Of a stretch of DNA of 64,000 nucleotides, positions 60,760 through 64,000 are shown one piece after another (the stretch's first letter is position 1; each line of letters opens with the position of its first letter). The translations under genes and the position numbers were made by a program. Source of the stretch: Anaeromyxobacteraceae bacterium (GTDB lineage Bacteria; Myxococcota; Myxococcia; Myxococcales; Anaeromyxobacteraceae); contig JAULAX010000014.1 of NCBI GenBank assembly GCA_032654565.1, positions 49,788 to 113,787 on the forward strand. Direction: 5' to 3'. The notes under the pieces are model-generated. The model saw nothing but the letters and a program-made list of their open reading frames with translations. It did no database searches and was not told the DNA's origin.

Positions 60760-62073
60760 ATGGCAACCATCGAGGTCAGGGTCCCGGCCATCGGCGACGT
60801 CAAGGACGTCGGCGTGGTCGAGGTGCTGGTGAAGCCGGGCGACGCCATCGCCCACGACCAGCCGGTGGCGACGCTGGAGTCGGACAAGGCCACCATGGAC
60901 GTCCCCGCCCCCTCCGCCGGCACGGTGCGCGAGGTGAAGGTGAAGGCCGGTGACCGGGTCAAGGAGGGGTCGATCCTCTTCCTCCTGGAGGCCGCGGCGG
61001 TCGCGGCGCAGCCGGCCGCGGTTCAGCCGGCCGCGGTTCAGCCGGTCGCCGTTCAGCCGGTCGCCGTTCAGCCGGCCGTGGTTCAGCCGGGCGCGGCGCA
61101 GCCGGGCGCGGCAACCACACAGGTGTCCCCGGTGCTGGCCGCGCCGGCCGGCATGCCGGCCGGCGGACTGGCCGGCGGATTGGTGCATGCCTCTCCTTCG
61201 GTCCGGCGCTTCGCCCGCGAGCTGGGGGTGGAGCTGGCCGCGGTGTCCGGCACCGGGCCGCACGGCCGGATCCTCCACGACGACGTCCAGAAGTTCGTCA
61301 AGGCGACCTTGACCGGGGGCGGCCCGCGCACCGGCGGCGGCCTCGACCTGCTCCCGTGGCCGAAGGTCGACTTCGCCGCCTTCGGGCCGGTCGAGGCGAA
61401 GCCGCTCAGCCGCCTTCGCAAGCTGGCCGGGGCCAACCTGGCCCGCAACTGGGCGATGATCCCGCACGTCACCCAGGTGGACGAGGCCGACGTCACCGAC
61501 CTGGAGGCCTTCCGCGTCCGGCTCAACGAGGAGCAGGGGGCGGGCGGGGCCAAGGTGACGCTGCTGGCCTTCCTCATGAAGGCCTGCGTGGCGGCGCTGC
61601 GCCAGTTCCCCGACTTCAACGCCTCGCTCGACGGCGACACCCTGGTGCTGAAGCGCTACGTCCACCTCGGCTTCGCCGCCGACACGCCCAACGGGCTGGT
61701 GGTGCCGGTGGTGCGCGACGTCGACAGGAAGGGCGTGCTGGAGCTGGCCCGCGAGGTGGGCGAGCTGGCCGCCCGGGCCCGGACCGGGAAGCTCTCGCCG
61801 GCCGACATGCAGGGGGGCTGCTTCACCATCTCCAGCCTGGGCGGCATCGGCGGCACCGCCTTCACCCCCATCATCAACGCGCCGGAGGTGGCCATCCTGG
61901 GCGTCTCCCGCGCCGCCATGCGCCCGCAGTGGGACGGGGCCCAGTTCCGCCCGCGCCTCATGCTGCCGCTCTCGCTCTCCTACGACCACCGGGTCATCGA
62001 CGGCGCCGCCGGGGCCCGCTTCACCGCCTTCCTGGCCACGGTGCTCGCGGACGTGCGGCGGCTGCTGCTGTAG
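60760..62073 (+). CDS. aceF: Dihydrolipoyllysine acetyltransferase (PDH E2), single lipoyl domain
   Basis: LESDKATMDVP lipoyl motif; HASPSVRRFARELG..GTGPHGRI; LSYDHRVIDGA. Confidence 0.95.
   Translation: MATIEVRVPAIGDVKDVGVVEVLVKPGDAIAHDQPVATLESDKATMDVPAPSAGTVREVKVKAGDRVKEGSILFLLEAAAVAAQPAAVQPAAVQPVAVQPVAVQPAVVQPGAAQPGAATTQVSPVLAAPAGMPAGGLAGGLVHASPSVRRFARELGVELAAVSGTGPHGRILHDDVQKFVKATLTGGGPRTGGGLDLLPWPKVDFAAFGPVEAKPLSRLRKLAGANLARNWAMIPHVTQVDEADVTDLEAFRVRLNEEQGAGGAKVTLLAFLMKACVAALRQFPDFNASLDGDTLVLKRYVHLGFAADTPNGLVVPVVRDVDRKGVLELAREVGELAARARTGKLSPADMQGGCFTISSLGGIGGTAFTPIINAPEVAILGVSRAAMRPQWDGAQFRPRLMLPLSLSYDHRVIDGAAGARFTAFLATVLADVRRLLL
61006..61110 (+). repeat. 7 x 15-bp tandem repeat (VQPAA-like) in the aceF linker
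   Basis: GTTCAGCCGGCCGCG-like units at 61006, 61021, 61036, 61051, 61066, 61081 and 61096. Confidence 0.9.
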
Positions 62074-62159
62074 CGCTCCGCCCGGGGGCCGCAGGGCTGC
62101 CGCGTCCCCCTGATGGATCGGCCGACACCGGGGTCCCCGCTGCGGTACCCTCGCCGTGC

Positions 62160-63263
62160 ATGGCCACCGCGCGCCGCCCCCGTCCCGTCCGCCTCCGCCT
62201 CGTCCGCCTCGCCCTGGTCGGCTTCGGCCACGTCGGCCGGCGCTTCGCCGAGCTGCTGCTCGGCCCGTACGGCCGCCTCCTGCACCGGGCCGGGGTCGAG
62301 GTGCGCGTCACCGCCATCGCCACCGGCCGCCACGGCCTCGCCGTCGATCCCGCCGGCCTGCCGCTGGCCCGGGCGCTCCGGCTGGTGGGCGCCGGCCAGC
62401 CGCTCACGCCGCTCCACCGCGGCGCGCCGGTGCCCTCGACCCGGGCCCTGATCGCCGCCGCCCCCTACGACGTGCTGCTCGAGCTCTCCCCGCTCGAGCC
62501 GCTGGCCGGCGAGCCGGCCACCGCGCACGTGGCCGCGGCGCTGCGGCGCGGCCGACACGTGGTCACCGCCAACAAGGGGCCGGTGGCCCACGCCCGCCGC
62601 CGCCTCGCCGCGCTGGCGCGCCGCCACGGGGTCCGCTTCCTCCACGAGGGGGCGGTGATGGACGGCTTCCCCATCTTCAACCTGGCCGAGCGCTGCCTGC
62701 GCGGCGTCGAGGTGCGCGCCTTCCGGGGCGTCCTCAACTCGACCACCACGCGGATCCTGGCGCGCATGGAGGTGGGCGTCCCCTTCGACGTGGCGCTCGG
62801 CGAGGCCCAGGCGGCCGGGGTGGCCGAGGCCGACCCGGCCTTCGACCTCGACGGCTGGGACGCCGCGGTGAAGACGTGCGCCCTGGCCAACGCGCTGATG
62901 GGGGCCGACCTGCGCCCCGCCGACGTGGAGCGGACCAGCGTGCGCGGGCTCACGGCCGCCGCGGTGGAGGCCGCGGCGCGCGAGGGGAAGCGCTGGCGGC
63001 TGGTGGCCCGGGCCGAGCGGGTGGGGCGCACGGTCACCGCCCGCGTCGCCCCCGAGGAGCTGCCGCTCGGCGACCTGCTGGTCTCCGGCGGCGCCGACGG
63101 CGTGCTGGTGCTCGACACCGACCTGATGGGCGAGGTCGGCCTCTGGGAGGGGGCCGGGGGCGTCGATCAGACCGCCTACGCGGTGCTGTCCGACCTGCTG
63201 GAGGTCGTGGCGCCGGCACAGGGCGGTCGACTCGGCGCGCCCCCTCGGACCACCCGGACCTGA
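62160..63263 (+). CDS. hom: Homoserine dehydrogenase (no ACT domain)
   Basis: LVGFGHVG, HVVTANKGP, EGAVMDGFP, GVLNSTT, GVAEADP.FDLDGWDAAVK, AGG.DQTA.AVLSDL. Confidence 0.85.
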   Translation: MATARRPRPVRLRLVRLALVGFGHVGRRFAELLLGPYGRLLHRAGVEVRVTAIATGRHGLAVDPAGLPLARALRLVGAGQPLTPLHRGAPVPSTRALIAAAPYDVLLELSPLEPLAGEPATAHVAAALRRGRHVVTANKGPVAHARRRLAALARRHGVRFLHEGAVMDGFPIFNLAERCLRGVEVRAFRGVLNSTTTRILARMEVGVPFDVALGEAQAAGVAEADPAFDLDGWDAAVKTCALANALMGADLRPADVERTSVRGLTAAAVEAAAREGKRWRLVARAERVGRTVTARVAPEELPLGDLLVSGGADGVLVLDTDLMGEVGLWEGAGGVDQTAYAVLSDLLEVVAPAQGGRLGAPPRTTRT

Positions 63264-63340
63264 GCGGCTCGTCCATCGACCCGGCGCGGGCCCCTCGCCC
63301 CTTTGTCTCGTACGTACCGATTCAGTAGCTTGTCCGTACC

Positions 63341-63568
63341 ATGCGCAAGAAGCTCACCCGCACCGGCAACAGCCTGGCCCTGGTCCTGGAGCGCGATCTC
63401 CTCGAGTCCACCGGCATCACCGCCGCGACCACCCTCGAGATCTCCACCGACGGCGAGGTGATCCTCATCTCCCCGGTCCGCTCCGCCCGGCGGACGACGC
63501 AGCTTCGCGGCATCATGGACCGGGCCCACGCCCGGTACGCCGGCACCTTCAGGCGCCTCGCCGAATGA
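63341..63568 (+). CDS. AbrB/MazE-type antitoxin
   Basis: KLTRTGNSLALVL AbrB fold; C-terminal RYAGTFRRLAE; ATGA overlap with the toxin gene. Confidence 0.85.
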   Translation: MRKKLTRTGNSLALVLERDLLESTGITAATTLEISTDGEVILISPVRSARRTTQLRGIMDRAHARYAGTFRRLAE

Positions 63569-63969
63569 CCCGTCGGCTTCGCCCCGTCTTCTTGACCCTG
63601 GACGAGGTGCTGGCCATCCACGCCGACCAGCTGGCGCGCTACGGCGGCGATCCCGGCTTGCGCGACGCCGGCCTGCTGGAGTCGGCGCTGGGGACCCCCC
63701 GGGCCATGTTCGGCAAGGCCTACCTCCACGGCAGCGTGCCGGAGATGGCGGCGGCCTCCCTGTTCCATCTGGTCGGGAACCATCCCTTCGTCGACGGGTA
63801 CAAGCGGACCGGCCTGGCCGCCGCCATCGCCTTCCTTGGCCTCAACGGGCTTTGGCTCGAGGCCGATCCCGACGAGCTTGGGGATTTCGTCATCCGCGTC
63901 GCCGCCGGGCGCGCCACCAAGGCCGAGGTGGCCGAGTTCATCCGCGCCCGCGCCGTGGCCGACCGGTAG
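63565..63969 (+). CDS. doc: Death-on-curing (Doc/Fic) family toxin, variant active-site motif
   Basis: FLTLDEVLAIH...YGG..GLRD.GLLESAL..P; HPFVDGYKRTG. Confidence 0.85.
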   Translation: MTRRLRPVFLTLDEVLAIHADQLARYGGDPGLRDAGLLESALGTPRAMFGKAYLHGSVPEMAAASLFHLVGNHPFVDGYKRTGLAAAIAFLGLNGLWLEADPDELGDFVIRVAAGRATKAEVAEFIRARAVADR

Positions 63970-64000
63970 GCCGCCGCCGGGAGCGAGGTCCGCTCAGGGG

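Overview
High-GC bacterial DNA. Gene content and style (many lipoproteins, a kinase-TolB-TPR protein, an OmpB-like multicopper protein, a CoA-dehydratase activase) suggest an Anaeromyxobacter-like Myxococcota organism; this is inference. (1) 1-10.2 kb looks like the right end of an island integrated at tRNA-Pro(GGG). It holds a lipoprotein with 12 Kelch-type repeats (conserved DNA framework, highly variable loops), a ~1600-aa HExxH metallopeptidase-like lipoprotein, a decayed copy of the locus at 16.9-17.4 kb, and a 3' tRNA-Pro fragment (putative attR) followed by a terminator. (2) A three-gene IS66 (10230-12778) has no target-site duplication and truncates a cupin gene. (3) 12.8-20.5 kb is an eroded accessory zone with several gene fragments. 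(4) 20.6-33.8 kb is a divergent TetR-associated cluster: FabH-like enzyme lacking the His/Asn catalytic residues, acyl-CoA ligase, lipoprotein, beta-barrel, lipoprotein esterase, SDR, LIV-type ABC transporter and PhaZc-like hydrolase. This cluster and the Kelch array are my best candidates for an undescribed system. (5) The rest contains transporters, a Kelch lipoprotein next to a large multicopper oxidase, a second LIV-type ABC operon with two CoA ligases, a CBS protein, a probable pseudokinase receptor, an activase, aceEF, homoserine dehydrogenase and an AbrB/Doc toxin-antitoxin pair. All calls come from reading motifs by eye; no searches were run.
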